Assembly: GCA_964568445.1 (NCBI GenBank)
Contig: CAZMPZ010000014.1
Location: 1,905-65,904, forward strand
DNA length: 64,000 bases
Direction of reading: 5' to 3'
From: an uncultured Rhodanobacter sp.
GTDB lineage: Bacteria > Pseudomonadota > Gammaproteobacteria > Xanthomonadales > Rhodanobacteraceae
Below, piece by piece: positions 27,462-37,673 of this stretch. Numbering within the stretch: the first letter of the stretch is position 1; each line of letters opens with the position of its first letter. Under the pieces are notes generated by a model. The model was not told the DNA's origin and did not search any database. It worked only from the letters and a program-made list of their open reading frames with translations. Position numbers and translations under genes: made by a program.

Positions 27462-28262
27462 TCACGCTGCGTCAAGCGCACCGCGAATAGGCCGCATGAA
27501 CGCGTTCACCCGCTGTTCGATGTCTGCCGCCGTCGTCGCTCCAGCCAGGCTTGCCACCAGCGCACTGCCAATGACCACGGCATCGGCAAAGGCGGCAATT
27601 GCCCTGGCACTGGCGGCATCCCGGATGCCGAAACCCACGGCCACCGGCGCCGATGTGGCAGCCCGCAGCGCAGCGACATGCGCGGCGACATCGCCAGCCT
27701 GCAGCTGCGCGCCACCCGTGATACCTGCAAACGCTACATAGTACAGGAACCCCGCTGCCGCCTCGCTCAATTGGCGCAAACGCGCCGGCGTGGTGGTTGG
27801 CGCAACCAGCAGGATCTGCTGCAGGCCGGCATCACGCAATGGCCGGGCAACCGCAGATTCCTCCAGCGGGCAATCCACCAGCAGGACGCCATCCACGCCG
27901 GCTGCGACGGCGTCGGCTGCAAATCGCGCATAGCCGTGAGCCTCCACCGGATTGAGATAGCCCATCAACACCACCGGCGTGTCGGTATCGCGTTGGCGAA
28001 ATTCGCCCACCCACGCCAGCACCTGACGCAGTCCCGTGCCGCGGGCGATGGCACGCTCGCTGGCATGCTGGATGACTTCGCCATCGGCCATCGGGTCGGA
28101 AAACGGCACGCCCAATTCAATCAAGTCGGCACCGGCAGCCACCAGCGCATGCATCAGCGCCACCATGTGCTCCGGCGCCGGATCACCGGCGGTGACAAAC
28201 GGGATCAGGCCGGTACGGCCGGCGGCCTTGAGCTGGGCAAAACGGGAATCGATACGGGACAT
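27462..28262 (-). CDS. trpA: Tryptophan synthase alpha chain
   Basis: 266 aa. Begins MSRIDSRFAQLKAAGRTGLIPFVTAGDP, continues ELGVPFSDPMADG. Lies downstream of trpB. Confidence 0.95.
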   Translation of the reverse strand: MSRIDSRFAQLKAAGRTGLIPFVTAGDPAPEHMVALMHALVAAGADLIELGVPFSDPMADGEVIQHASERAIARGTGLRQVLAWVGEFRQRDTDTPVVLMGYLNPVEAHGYARFAADAVAAGVDGVLLVDCPLEESAVARPLRDAGLQQILLVAPTTTPARLRQLSEAAAGFLYYVAFAGITGGAQLQAGDVAAHVAALRAATSAPVAVGFGIRDAASARAIAAFADAVVIGSALVASLAGATTAADIEQRVNAFMRPIRGALDAA

Positions 28263-28369
28263 GGGATCAGCAATAGGAAGTGAACGACGGGACAGCGCCG
28301 CGGAAAATCCAGGTGGCTTGGCGCGCGAAGCTTGCCTTCACTTTCTGCGCCTCGCCACGCGCACTGCAC

Positions 28370-29572
28370 TTACACCTTCACGCCTTCGCGCGCGGCAATG
28401 GTATGCACATCCTTGTCGCCGCGGCCGGACAGATTGCACAGCACCAGGCCATCGTGCGGCAACTCGCGCGCCAGCTTGATCGCCTCGGCCACCGCATGGC
28501 TGGATTCCAGCGCGGCCAGGATGCCTTCCTGCCGGCACAGCAGATGGAACGCCTCCAGTGCTTCATCGTCGGTGATGCCGACGTACTGCGCCCGACCGGC
28601 ATCCTTCAGGAAGGCATGCTCCGGCCCGACCCCGGGGTAATCCAGCCCGGCCGACACCGAATGGGTCTGGGCGATCTGGCCATTGTCATCGCACAACACG
28701 TAGGTGTGATTGCCGTGCAGCACGCCTGGCCGCCCCGCGGACAACGACGCCGCGTGTTGCCCCGTGGCCAGTCCCAGTCCCGCCGCCTCGGCACCGACAA
28801 TGCGCACCGCAGCGTCGTTGAGAAAGGCGTGAAACAGGCCGATGGCGTTGGAGCCGCCGCCGACACACGCGGTAAGTACATCCGGCAGGCGCCCATACTG
28901 CGCCAGCATCTGCGCCCGCGCCTCGCGCCCGACCACGGCGTTGAAATCGCGCACCATCAGCGGATACGGATGCGGGCCGGCGACCGTGCCGATCATGTAG
29001 AAGGTATCGGCCACATTGGTGACCCAGTCGCGCATCGCCTCGTTCAAGGCATCCTTGAGCGTTTGCGAACCGGAGGTGACTGGCACCACCTCGGCGCCAA
29101 GCAGCTTCATGCGGTAGACATTCATCTTCTGCCGCTCGATGTCCACCGCGCCCATGTACACCACGCACTTCAGGCCCAGCCGCGCGGCGACGGTGGCACT
29201 GGCCACGCCATGCTGGCCGGCGCCGGTCTCGGCAATGATGCGCGGCTTGCCCATGCGTCGGGCAACCAGCGCCTGGCCCACAGTGTTGTTGATCTTGTGC
29301 GCACCGGTATGGTTCAAGTCCTCGCGCTTGAAGAGGATCTGCGCGCCGCCAACGTACTTTGACAGCCGCTCGGCGTGATAGATCGGGCTGGGGCGGCCGA
29401 CGTAATACTTGAGATCGCGATCCAGTTCGGCCACGAACTGCGGGTCGCCGCGCAAGGCCAGATAGGCTTGCGTGAGTTCGGCCAGCGGTGCCATCAGGGT
29501 CTCGGCAACATAAGTCCCGCCGTAGTCGCCAAAGCGGCCATGGCTGTCTGGGTAATCGTTGAAATCAAGCAT
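28370..29572 (-). CDS. trpB: Tryptophan synthase beta chain
   Basis: Start trimmed to ATG 29572: [26 protein letters not shown]. The PLP lysine context is HTGAHKINN. 400 aa. Confidence 0.95.
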   Translation of the reverse strand: MLDFNDYPDSHGRFGDYGGTYVAETLMAPLAELTQAYLALRGDPQFVAELDRDLKYYVGRPSPIYHAERLSKYVGGAQILFKREDLNHTGAHKINNTVGQALVARRMGKPRIIAETGAGQHGVASATVAARLGLKCVVYMGAVDIERQKMNVYRMKLLGAEVVPVTSGSQTLKDALNEAMRDWVTNVADTFYMIGTVAGPHPYPLMVRDFNAVVGREARAQMLAQYGRLPDVLTACVGGGSNAIGLFHAFLNDAAVRIVGAEAAGLGLATGQHAASLSAGRPGVLHGNHTYVLCDDNGQIAQTHSVSAGLDYPGVGPEHAFLKDAGRAQYVGITDDEALEAFHLLCRQEGILAALESSHAVAEAIKLARELPHDGLVLCNLSGRGDKDVHTIAAREGVKV

Positions 29573-29713
29573 GTGGCTGTGGGTACCTAATGGACGTCCA
29601 GACGTCTGTCGTTGCGCGCGACACAGGCGACGCATCTGCAGCGCACGGGCAGCAAGTGCCCATCTTAACGGCAACGCACTGGTCGCGCGTTGTCGGTGCC
29701 GGCTGCGGCACAC

Positions 29714-30724
29714 TTACAAATAGCCGCGGATGCGTTCGCGCAAGGCGCCGATTTGCGCTTCGTCCATCTCGCCCAGCACGCCGCGACGCGCGCGCGGGAT
29801 GTGCGCCAACGGCTCGTCGGCGGCAAAGACGTAGTGCTCAAGCAGCCCCCGCCAGGCCGCGCGCTCTGCCGCCGGCAAGGACTTGAAGGCAAGGATGCAA
29901 TGCAGCAGACAACCCAACGCGGTGTGCGCTGCACTGCCACCCGGCGCCTGCGGCTGCCACCAGTAATTGACCAGGGCGTTGAGCCGCTCCAGCGATGCCA
30001 CGTGATGCCACCACAACGGCGGGATGTAGATGGCGTCGCCCGCGTGCAACTCGGCACTCTGCGCAGCAGCCAACGCATCGCGCAAGCGCGGATAACGCGG
30101 GTCATCCACCTGGTCCAGGCGCGCCACGCCAATGGCGGCGCCGGTGGGCGCGAAGTCCAGCGGCCCAATGTACAAATTGCCCACTTGGTCGGGTGCAAAC
30201 AAGGTGAAGCGGCGCACGCCGCAGACCACGCAGGCAAGATTGTGATACTCGTCGAAATGCGCCGGCGTGGTGACGCGATTGCCGACCCACAAGCGCGGCT
30301 GCACGCTGTCGGGCATGCCGGCAAGCGCGTGTGTATCCAGCAGGCCGGGGACGCATTCGGCCATCAACGCGCTTTGCACCGCCAGGCCCGGCGCATCGAC
30401 CTGCTGGCTGTAGCGCGCCAGGCGCTGCAGTGCCTGGGTGATGGCCACCCGGTGATGCGTGAAGTTGAAGCCGTCAAACGCTGCGTTGTAGCCAATGCAG
30501 CCGCCAGCCTCGGCCGGCAGCAGCAGGGCATCCACTGCAGCGCCGCTGTCATGCGCGGCGACGTGGCGGGCAAACGCGCTGTCCGATGCCTGGGCCTGGC
30601 GCACCAGTGGCCAGTCGCGACACAAACCCCGAATGACCAGCGGCCGCTCGCGCGCCGCCAACGTATCCAATGCCAATGAGAATTCGCTGGCGGCACACTC
30701 GTCGATGGCATGCAGGGCGCTCAT
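29714..30724 (-). CDS. JmjC / cupin_8-type Fe(II)/2-oxoglutarate oxygenase-like protein
   Basis: Start trimmed to ATG 30724, which overlaps the trpF stop (ATGA). Contains the HxD motif in TTPAHFDEYHN and the distal His in IYIPPLWWHHV, typical of the JmjC-type cupin fold. Confidence 0.75.
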   Translation of the reverse strand: MSALHAIDECAASEFSLALDTLAARERPLVIRGLCRDWPLVRQAQASDSAFARHVAAHDSGAAVDALLLPAEAGGCIGYNAAFDGFNFTHHRVAITQALQRLARYSQQVDAPGLAVQSALMAECVPGLLDTHALAGMPDSVQPRLWVGNRVTTPAHFDEYHNLACVVCGVRRFTLFAPDQVGNLYIGPLDFAPTGAAIGVARLDQVDDPRYPRLRDALAAAQSAELHAGDAIYIPPLWWHHVASLERLNALVNYWWQPQAPGGSAAHTALGCLLHCILAFKSLPAAERAAWRGLLEHYVFAADEPLAHIPRARRGVLGEMDEAQIGALRERIRGYL

Positions 30725-31344
30725 GCGGCGTCCGCCTGCGCCACAGCGCGAAAGAAATCCCGCAACCGCTGCGCCGACTTGATACCGGGCGCATCCTCCA
30801 CGCCACTGGCCACATCCACCGCCCACGGATGCAGCGCATGAATTGCCGCGCCGACGTTGTCGGCATCAAGCCCGCCCGCCAGCCACACCGGCTGCGCCAG
30901 TGCCGGCAACGGCTGCGTCCAATCGAAGCGCTGCCCGCCGCCACCAGCGCCACCACGCCGATGCCCATCCAGCAACAAACCGGCAGCCTGCGGCCAAGCC
31001 TGATACGCCGCTGCGTCGGCAACGCCATCGCCCATCGCCACCGCCTTGAGAAACGGCAGGCCAAACTGTGCGCACCAGGCGTCACTTTCCGCACCGTGGA
31101 ACTGCAACATCGCCGGATGCACGGCAGCCACGACTTCACGCACACGGGCAGCGTCGTCATCCATGAACAGCGCCACTGCCGCCACCGCCGGCGGCAACGC
31201 GGCGACCATCGCCTGTCCGCGCGCCAGCGTCACCTGGCGCCGACTGCGCGTGGTGAACACCATGCCGATGGCAGCGGCACCCAGTTCGGCGGCAAGCAGT
31301 GCATCCTGCACGCGCGTCATGCCGCAGCATTTGACGGCGGTCAC
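30721..31344 (-). CDS. trpF: Phosphoribosylanthranilate isomerase
   Basis: Probable GTG start at 31344, overlapping the truA stop (GTGA): (M)[14 protein letters not shown]. Contains LLDG...GG.G..FDW and AGGL. 207 aa. Confidence 0.88.
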   Translation of the reverse strand: MTAVKCCGMTRVQDALLAAELGAAAIGMVFTTRSRRQVTLARGQAMVAALPPAVAAVALFMDDDAARVREVVAAVHPAMLQFHGAESDAWCAQFGLPFLKAVAMGDGVADAAAYQAWPQAAGLLLDGHRRGGAGGGGQRFDWTQPLPALAQPVWLAGGLDADNVGAAIHALHPWAVDVASGVEDAPGIKSAQRLRDFFRAVAQADAA

Positions 31345-32111
31345 AGCGACACCTCCGCCGGCAGCCCCCAACGCGCTTCGTAACGCGGGCCAACGAAGGT
31401 CAGGCCCGACGACGGCGCGGTTGGGCCGGCCACCTGCCGATTGCGCCCGGCGAGGAGTTCGCCCAGCCAGGCCACCGGGCGCTCGCCGCGGCCGATCATC
31501 AGCAACGAGCCGACGATGTTGCGCACCATGTGATGCAAGAATCCGTTGGCCTCGATGTGCACGCAGACCTCGTCTCCCGTGCGCTGCACGCCGACCGCCA
31601 GCACCGTCCGCCGCGGATGTTTGGCCTGGCAGGACAAGGCGCGAAACGCGGTGAAGTCATGCGGCCCCAGCAACGCCTGCGCTGCTTCGTGCATGCGTTC
31701 GGCATCCAGTGGCAGGCGTTCCCAGGTAACGAAACGGGCGTCCAGCGCGGCGCGCACCGGCCGATTGAGCAACCGATAGACATAGCGACGGCTGCGCGCC
31801 GCATAGCGGGCATGGAAGTCATCGGCAACCGGCTGCGCCCACATCACTGCCACCGCATCGGGCAGGTTGGAGCAGCCGCCAAGCACCCAGCCGCGCATGG
31901 CGCGCTGCGCATCCGTATCGAAATGCACCACCTGGCAGCGGCCGTGCACACCGGTGTCGGTGCGCCCCGCGCAGGTAAGCAGCACCGAGTGGGCGGCCAC
32001 GCGCGACAACGCCTGCTCGACCGCCGCCTGCACGCTGGGACCGACGCGCAGGCGTTGCCAGCCGAGGAAATCGGTGCCGTCGTATTCAATGCCCAGGGCA
32101 ATACGCATCAC
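31341..32111 (-). CDS. truA: tRNA pseudouridine(38-40) synthase
   Basis: 256 aa. Begins [18 protein letters not shown]. The catalytic Asp context is AGRTDTGVH. Confidence 0.95.
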   Translation of the reverse strand: MMRIALGIEYDGTDFLGWQRLRVGPSVQAAVEQALSRVAAHSVLLTCAGRTDTGVHGRCQVVHFDTDAQRAMRGWVLGGCSNLPDAVAVMWAQPVADDFHARYAARSRRYVYRLLNRPVRAALDARFVTWERLPLDAERMHEAAQALLGPHDFTAFRALSCQAKHPRRTVLAVGVQRTGDEVCVHIEANGFLHHMVRNIVGSLLMIGRGERPVAWLGELLAGRNRQVAGPTAPSSGLTFVGPRYEARWGLPAEVSL

Positions 32112-32202
32112 TCACCGCCACCTGCTGCCACACGGTACACACCATAAAACACGCGGGCCGACAAGCGGCCCGCGTGTTGTCACATGAACCACCAGTGGCC
32201 GG

Positions 32203-34608
32203 TCAGTGATCAAGGCCCGCCAGCAATTCGCGGGCGACATCGCGCTGCATCTGGCTGCCTTCCTGCACGACTTCATCGAGCATGGCACGCGCGCCTTCGG
32301 CGTCACCCATATCCAGATAAGCGCGGGCCAAATCCAGTTTGGTGTCGACCGGATCGTCGTTGAACTCGCCGAGCGCGGCGGGCGGGTCGGCGCTGACCGT
32401 CTCATCGGCGGCAAACTTCCACGTACCCGGATCGTCCTGCGCCAACGCTTCACCCGCCGCTTCATCCGCCGTCGATGCTTCATCACCCGCTTCGGCCGGC
32501 ACACCGGCAACAGGTGCGGCTGCGGGCGTCAGATTGAAATCGAAGGCGTAGCCACCAACCGGCTTCGGTGCAGTCGACAGCGGCGGCGGCACCGATGACG
32601 CCGGGGCGGATGGATCTGCCTCTGCATCCACGCCCGCATCGATATCAAAGCCGGCAAGCGTGCCATCGTCCGCCGCGCTGGTGGCAGGTGGCGGTTGCTG
32701 TTCAAACAGCGGATGGGTCGGCGCCAGATCCTCGCCCATGCGCACGACTTCCTGCCAGTCTGCCTGTGCCGGATCGGTGATATGCGCGTACATCGCCTCG
32801 GCTGCGGCCTCGAAGTGCTCGACGTCGCGACGCGAGTAATACAGCGTGACCAGCTCCAGATTGAGGCCCAGGTCGTCGGGACGCTCGGCCAGCTGATCGA
32901 GCAGCTCGTCCTGGTCGGTATCCGTGGCGGACAGTGCGTCCGTGGTCTCGGTTGCCGGCACATCGTCGGTCGGCGCATCTGTGGTCGGCGACGTGGAAAA
33001 CCGGTCCGCCAGGGAAGATGCCGCGCCAGCCGCCATCAGCGGCGTTTTACGCCGCCGTCCAAGCAAGGCCAGCAACAGCAGCAGGACGATGGCGCCAGCA
33101 CCCGCCGCCCAAGCCCAGGGCTGCATGTACCACGGCATCAATGACGCATCGGGCCGCGGTGCCGCGGCGGGAGATTCCGGCTTGGCCGCTGCATCCTCGA
33201 CAGGCGCAGCGATGGGCGGTGCCGCTGCCGTGCTGGCAGCGACCACGCCGGGAGCCACGGCCGCCGAAGATGCCGCGGCGACGGACCCCGCCGCCTCTGG
33301 TGCCGCAGCCGCCGAACCGGCAGCCGCAAGCGGCGCGGCGCTTCCGGCACTTGCCGGCGCAGCCGCCGATGCAGCGCCAGCAACGGCCGATCCGGCAGCT
33401 GCAGCCGTCGACACCGCTGGCGCAGGCTCAGGCTCACCCTTGCGGGCGGCAGCCAGCTTGTCCTGCAGCTCCGCAATCTGGCTGTCCTTGAGCGACAACA
33501 GGCGCGTGTTCTTATCGTTGACGTCGGCCAGCTCCTTGAGCTGCGCCTTGAGGTCGGTCGACTGTTGCTGTGCGCTGGCCAGGCTTTCCTGTGCGCGCAG
33601 CAGGTTTTGGCGCAAGGCGGCTGCATCCTCGCCCTTGCCCGCCGCCGTGCTGTTGCCAGCCGTTTTGGCCGTATCGCTGCCCTCGCCCTTGGCCGGCACC
33701 AACGCCAAGCGATCACCGGCGTTATCCGCGGTCGGCGTCGGGGCGCTGGAGGCGTCGGCCCGCGTCGCCATGTCGGCAACCGTGGTGGGCGCCGCCGCCG
33801 GGCCGGCGCGCCAATCGCTGTTCTGTCGACGGACTTCCGCCACGGCGGCCGCCACGGTCATGGCCTGCGCCTGGCTGGCGGTGGGAATGCGCAGCACCGC
33901 CCCCGTCTTCAGTGCATTGATGTTGTCGCGATAGAAGGCATCGGGGTTGGCCTGCTTGATCGCCAACAGCATCTGGTGCACGTCGACCTCGGCCGGCGCC
34001 GCTTGACGGGCAATGCTGGACAAGGTCTGTCCCCGCGTCACCGGACCGTACTGGCTCCCCGCCGTGGCCGCTGGCTTGGCGCTGGCGGGCGCGGGGGTGG
34101 GCGCTGCCGCGGGTGCCGGTGTGGACGCAGCTGTCGCGTGACTCGGGGCAGCCGTACGCGGCGCCGGAGCTGTCGGGGCCGGCGCTGCCACGGCCGGTGC
34201 GGCTGGGCTGGCTGGCGTGCCGGGCGGATCCAGCAGGATGGTGAACTCGCGTACGCTCTTGCCGGTCGCGCCATGCACTTCAACCAGCAGATCGAGGAAC
34301 GGATCGTCTACCGGCGTCGTGCTGGTAATGCGGATGACATGGCGCCCGCCTACCGTGGTGACGGCAAAATGCAGCGGGATGGCCGTACGCCCGCCCATGA
34401 TGCCGGCGCGGGTAAAGTCTTCATTGGAGGCCAGTTGCGCGCTCAATTGCTGCAACTCGGCAGGCGTCGCCGACTGCACCGGGATTTCGGCTACAAGTGG
34501 TTGTCCGAGCGCGGATTTGACCTGGATCTGGCCCAGATCCACCGCCATGAGCTGGCTGCTGCAAAGCCCCAGCGCAACCAGCATCGACAACTTCGACAAA
34601 CGATTCAT
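32203..34608 (-). CDS. fimV: FimV/HubP-family polar organiser protein
   Basis: 801 aa with signal peptide and the N-domain LGQIQVKSALGQPLVAEIPV. Has a LysM segment (YGPVTRGQTLSSIA...), a long Ala/Pro-rich low-complexity linker, one TM helix and an acidic region. The C-terminal FimV TPR motif reads DTKLDLARAYLDMGDAEGARAMLDEV. Confidence 0.9.
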   Translation of the reverse strand: MNRLSKLSMLVALGLCSSQLMAVDLGQIQVKSALGQPLVAEIPVQSATPAELQQLSAQLASNEDFTRAGIMGGRTAIPLHFAVTTVGGRHVIRITSTTPVDDPFLDLLVEVHGATGKSVREFTILLDPPGTPASPAAPAVAAPAPTAPAPRTAAPSHATAASTPAPAAAPTPAPASAKPAATAGSQYGPVTRGQTLSSIARQAAPAEVDVHQMLLAIKQANPDAFYRDNINALKTGAVLRIPTASQAQAMTVAAAVAEVRRQNSDWRAGPAAAPTTVADMATRADASSAPTPTADNAGDRLALVPAKGEGSDTAKTAGNSTAAGKGEDAAALRQNLLRAQESLASAQQQSTDLKAQLKELADVNDKNTRLLSLKDSQIAELQDKLAAARKGEPEPAPAVSTAAAAGSAVAGAASAAAPASAGSAAPLAAAGSAAAAPEAAGSVAAASSAAVAPGVVAASTAAAPPIAAPVEDAAAKPESPAAAPRPDASLMPWYMQPWAWAAGAGAIVLLLLLALLGRRRKTPLMAAGAASSLADRFSTSPTTDAPTDDVPATETTDALSATDTDQDELLDQLAERPDDLGLNLELVTLYYSRRDVEHFEAAAEAMYAHITDPAQADWQEVVRMGEDLAPTHPLFEQQPPPATSAADDGTLAGFDIDAGVDAEADPSAPASSVPPPLSTAPKPVGGYAFDFNLTPAAAPVAGVPAEAGDEASTADEAAGEALAQDDPGTWKFAADETVSADPPAALGEFNDDPVDTKLDLARAYLDMGDAEGARAMLDEVVQEGSQMQRDVARELLAGLDH

Positions 34609-34805
34609 TGCGTATCCCCCGGTACAAGCCTGACGCCATTGAAGGTGTCACCGCTGCGCGGCAACGTCTGCAAACGAGTTGCCACTTTAGTTATATGTAT
34701 GCCAATCAACAATAGCCCCGGCAACCACTTGCGGGCAATTGTTGCGGCCGCTTCTCGGCTTGTCCGCCGGTGCCCTGCAGTCCTTCCGAACACGGCACGG
34801 CGCAT

Positions 34806-35837
34806 TCACAGATAATCCGCGATCAGGATTTCGGCAATCTGCACGGCATTGAGTGCCGCGCCCTTGCGGATATTGTCGGCAACGATCCACAGGTCCAGGC
34901 CGCGCTCGTGGGAAATGTCCTCGCGCACGCGGCCGACAAAGACCGCATCATGCCCGGCCGCCTCTCCCACCGGCGTGGGATAACCCCCTGCCTTGCGCTC
35001 ATCCATCAGCTCCACGCCCGGCGCGCTCGAAAGCAGGGCACGCGCCGCCGCCAACCCGAGCTTGTCGCGCGTTTCAATGTGTACCGCCTCACCGTGGCCG
35101 TAAAACACCGGCACGCGCACGGCGGTGGGATTCACCTGGATGGTTTCGTCCTCGAGAATCTTGCGCGTTTCCCACACCAGCTTCATTTCCTCCCGGGTGT
35201 AGCCGTTGGGCTGGAATTCGTCGATTTGCGGAATGACATTGAATGCAATCTGTGCCGGAAACTTGCCGCCGGTTTCCACGCCCTTGAAATTGAGTAACGC
35301 CGCTGTCTGTCGCCCCAGCTCTTCCATGCCCGAGCGGCCGGCACCGGACACCGATTGATAGGTCGCCACGTTGATGCGCTCGATGCCGACGGCGCGATGG
35401 ATCGGCGCCAGCGCGACCAGCATCTGCATGGTCGAGCAATTGGGGTTGGCGATGATGCCGCGCGTGGTGTACCCGGCCACGGCATGTGCATTGACCTCGC
35501 TCACCACCAGCGGCACATCGTCCTGGTAGCGGAACTCCGAGGTGTTGTCCACGACTACCGCCCCGGCCGCAGCCGCGCGCGGTGCATGTTCGCGGCTGAC
35601 GCTGCCGCCGGCCGAAAAGAAGGCAATGTCCACGCCGGCAAAGTCATAGGTATCCAGCAGCTGCACGGTGAGTTCGCGGCCGGCAAAGCTGACCTTGCTG
35701 CCGGCCGAGCGTTCGCTGGCCAGCGGCACCAGTTCGCTGACCGGGAAATCGCGCTCGGCGAGGATGGACAGCAAGGTCTCGCCGACGGCACCGGTGGCGC
35801 CGACCATGGCGACCTTGTAACTCGATTTCTTGCTCAT
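34806..35837 (-). CDS. asd: Aspartate-semialdehyde dehydrogenase (short, USG-1/Gram-positive-like type)
   Basis: Start trimmed to ATG 35837: MSKKSSYKVAMVGATGAVG (NADP-binding motif). The catalytic Cys is in NPNCST. 343 aa. Confidence 0.85.
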   Translation of the reverse strand: MSKKSSYKVAMVGATGAVGETLLSILAERDFPVSELVPLASERSAGSKVSFAGRELTVQLLDTYDFAGVDIAFFSAGGSVSREHAPRAAAAGAVVVDNTSEFRYQDDVPLVVSEVNAHAVAGYTTRGIIANPNCSTMQMLVALAPIHRAVGIERINVATYQSVSGAGRSGMEELGRQTAALLNFKGVETGGKFPAQIAFNVIPQIDEFQPNGYTREEMKLVWETRKILEDETIQVNPTAVRVPVFYGHGEAVHIETRDKLGLAAARALLSSAPGVELMDERKAGGYPTPVGEAAGHDAVFVGRVREDISHERGLDLWIVADNIRKGAALNAVQIAEILIADYL

Positions 35838-35925
35838 GCGTGGGTGGGTTCGTCTGAAGTGAATGGGCCGGCCGGCACCTCCGTGCCGACGGGATCGGGG
35901 GGAACGTACGGCACACCGCCGCAGC

Positions 35926-37029
35926 TCATTGTCCTGCCTGCGCCGGGATGCGCGGCGTGACCGGACCGACGTCGCCGCACTGCGCACGATGGCGCAGCGC
36001 ATGATCCATCAGCACCAGCGCCACCATGGCCTCGGCAATGGGCGTGGCGCGTACACCGACACAAGGGTCATGCCGGCCACGGGTAGCCACTTGCGTGGCC
36101 TCCCCGGCCAGATTCACGCTGTGTCCCGGCAGCATGATGCTGGAGGTCGGCTTGAGCACGATGGACGCCACCACCTCCTGTCCACTGCTGATGCCGCCAA
36201 GGATGCCGCCTGCATGATTGGACGTAAAGCCGTCCACTTGCATTTCATCGCGATGCTGGCTGCCACGCTGCGCCACGGCGGCAAAACCGTCGCCGATCTC
36301 CACGCCCTTGACCGCATTGATCGACATCAACGCCGCCGCCAGTTCGGCATCGAGCCTACTGTACACAGGCTCGCCCCAGCCTGGAGGTACGCCGCTGGCC
36401 ACCACGTTGACCCGCGCGCCAACCGAGTCGCCGGCCTTGCGCAGCGCGTTGATCGTCTGCTCAAGCTCGGGCACCTGCGCGGCATCGGGCCAGAAAAATG
36501 TATTGGCCTCCACGGCGTCCCAGTCGAAATGACGCGGCGTGATATCGCCCAGCTGTGCCAGATGGCCACGCACATGCACGCCGTAGTGCAGGGCCAGCCA
36601 CTTTTTGGCGATCACGCCGGCGGCCACGCGCATCGTGGTTTCGCGCGCCGAAGCGCGGCCTCCGCCACGCGGATCGCGGATGCCGTATTTCTGCCAATAG
36701 GTGTAATCGGCGTGGCCAGGACGAAAGGTATCGGCAATGCGGTCGTAGTCGTGGCTGCGCTGATCGGTATTGCGGATCAGCAGCGCAATCGGCGTGCCGG
36801 TGGTCAAGCCGGTGTACACGCCGGAAAGAATTTCCACCGCGTCCGCCTCATGCCGCTGCGAGGTGTAGCGGTTGCGTGCGGTGGCGCGGCGTGCCAGGTC
36901 AGGCTTGAACTCCTCCACGCTGATCGGCAGGCCCGGCGGGCAGCCGTCGATCACGCACCCGATGGCCGGCCCGTGACTTTCGCCAAAGGTGGTGACAGTC
37001 AAAAGCTTGCCAAACGCGTTGCTGGACAT
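35926..37029 (-). CDS. aroC: Chorismate synthase
   Basis: Start trimmed to ATG 37029: [33 protein letters not shown]. 367 aa. Confidence 0.95.
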   Translation of the reverse strand: MSSNAFGKLLTVTTFGESHGPAIGCVIDGCPPGLPISVEEFKPDLARRATARNRYTSQRHEADAVEILSGVYTGLTTGTPIALLIRNTDQRSHDYDRIADTFRPGHADYTYWQKYGIRDPRGGGRASARETTMRVAAGVIAKKWLALHYGVHVRGHLAQLGDITPRHFDWDAVEANTFFWPDAAQVPELEQTINALRKAGDSVGARVNVVASGVPPGWGEPVYSRLDAELAAALMSINAVKGVEIGDGFAAVAQRGSQHRDEMQVDGFTSNHAGGILGGISSGQEVVASIVLKPTSSIMLPGHSVNLAGEATQVATRGRHDPCVGVRATPIAEAMVALVLMDHALRHRAQCGDVGPVTPRIPAQAGQ

Positions 37030-37113
37030 GGCGCACATCCGGATAGACCGGCAAAGCATAGCCGCTCGACCATCCCGCCTACACGCAACGGCGACAGTCC
37101 GGGCGCGCCGCGG

Positions 37114-37671
37114 TCACTTCCGCGCTGCGGGCGCGCGTGCCGATGGACGCCACTCGTCCGCCAGCATGGCAAAGATCACGTCGTCGACCCACTGCCCGCG
37201 CCACCACAGGCTTTGGCGATGGTGTGCCTCCTCGCGCAAGCCCAGCGTACGCAACAGGCCCACGCAGGCGGTGTTGCGCGGGTCCACCGAAGCGACGATG
37301 CGATGGCGTGCAAGCTCGCCGAATACCTCATCAAAGACAGCGCGCAAAGCTTCCGCCGCGCAGCCGCGACGCTGCCAGGCCGGCAGCAAGCTGATGCCAA
37401 ACTCGACTGCCGCGTGATGGTCCGCTGGCAGGTTCAGGCCAAGATCGCCGATCAGCGTGCCATCGGCACGCCAGCGGATGGCACGCTGAAACCAGCCCGT
37501 GGGCACGGCAGCTGGCGATTGCGCGGCAATGAATTGGCGCACCTCATCGATATTGTCCGGACACCAGCCCTGGAAGCGTGCCACCGCCGGATCAGCGCGA
37601 CACGCGAACAAGGCCGCGGCATCGTCCGCCTGCAGTCGATCCAGGCGCAGGCGGGCGGTGACCCACTCCAC
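37114..37671 (-). CDS. GNAT N-acetyltransferase, RimJ/RimL-like
   Basis: Probable GTG start at 37671, 2 nt after the prmB stop: (M)EWVTARLRLDRLQADDAAALFA...GISLLPAWQRRGCAAEA. The upstream part of the 233-aa track ORF overlaps prmB and is unlikely to be coding. Confidence 0.8.
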   Translation of the reverse strand: MEWVTARLRLDRLQADDAAALFACRADPAVARFQGWCPDNIDEVRQFIAAQSPAAVPTGWFQRAIRWRADGTLIGDLGLNLPADHHAAVEFGISLLPAWQRRGCAAEALRAVFDEVFGELARHRIVASVDPRNTACVGLLRTLGLREEAHHRQSLWWRGQWVDDVIFAMLADEWRPSARAPAARK

Positions 37672-37673
37672 GG

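Noticed and set aside
29573-29713. TrpI-type (LysR) control region upstream of trpBA
   Set aside because: No divergent LysR gene is present, and no T-N11-A motif is evident. Only the GACGTCcaGACGTC double palindrome stands out, and I mention it under the JmjC finding instead.
33100-34200. Repetitive Ala/Pro/Ser-rich DNA that looks like a tandem-repeat or array region
   Set aside because: It lies in frame within fimV and encodes the low-complexity linker typical of FimV/HubP proteins. There are no spacer-repeat periodicities and no CRISPR-like structure.
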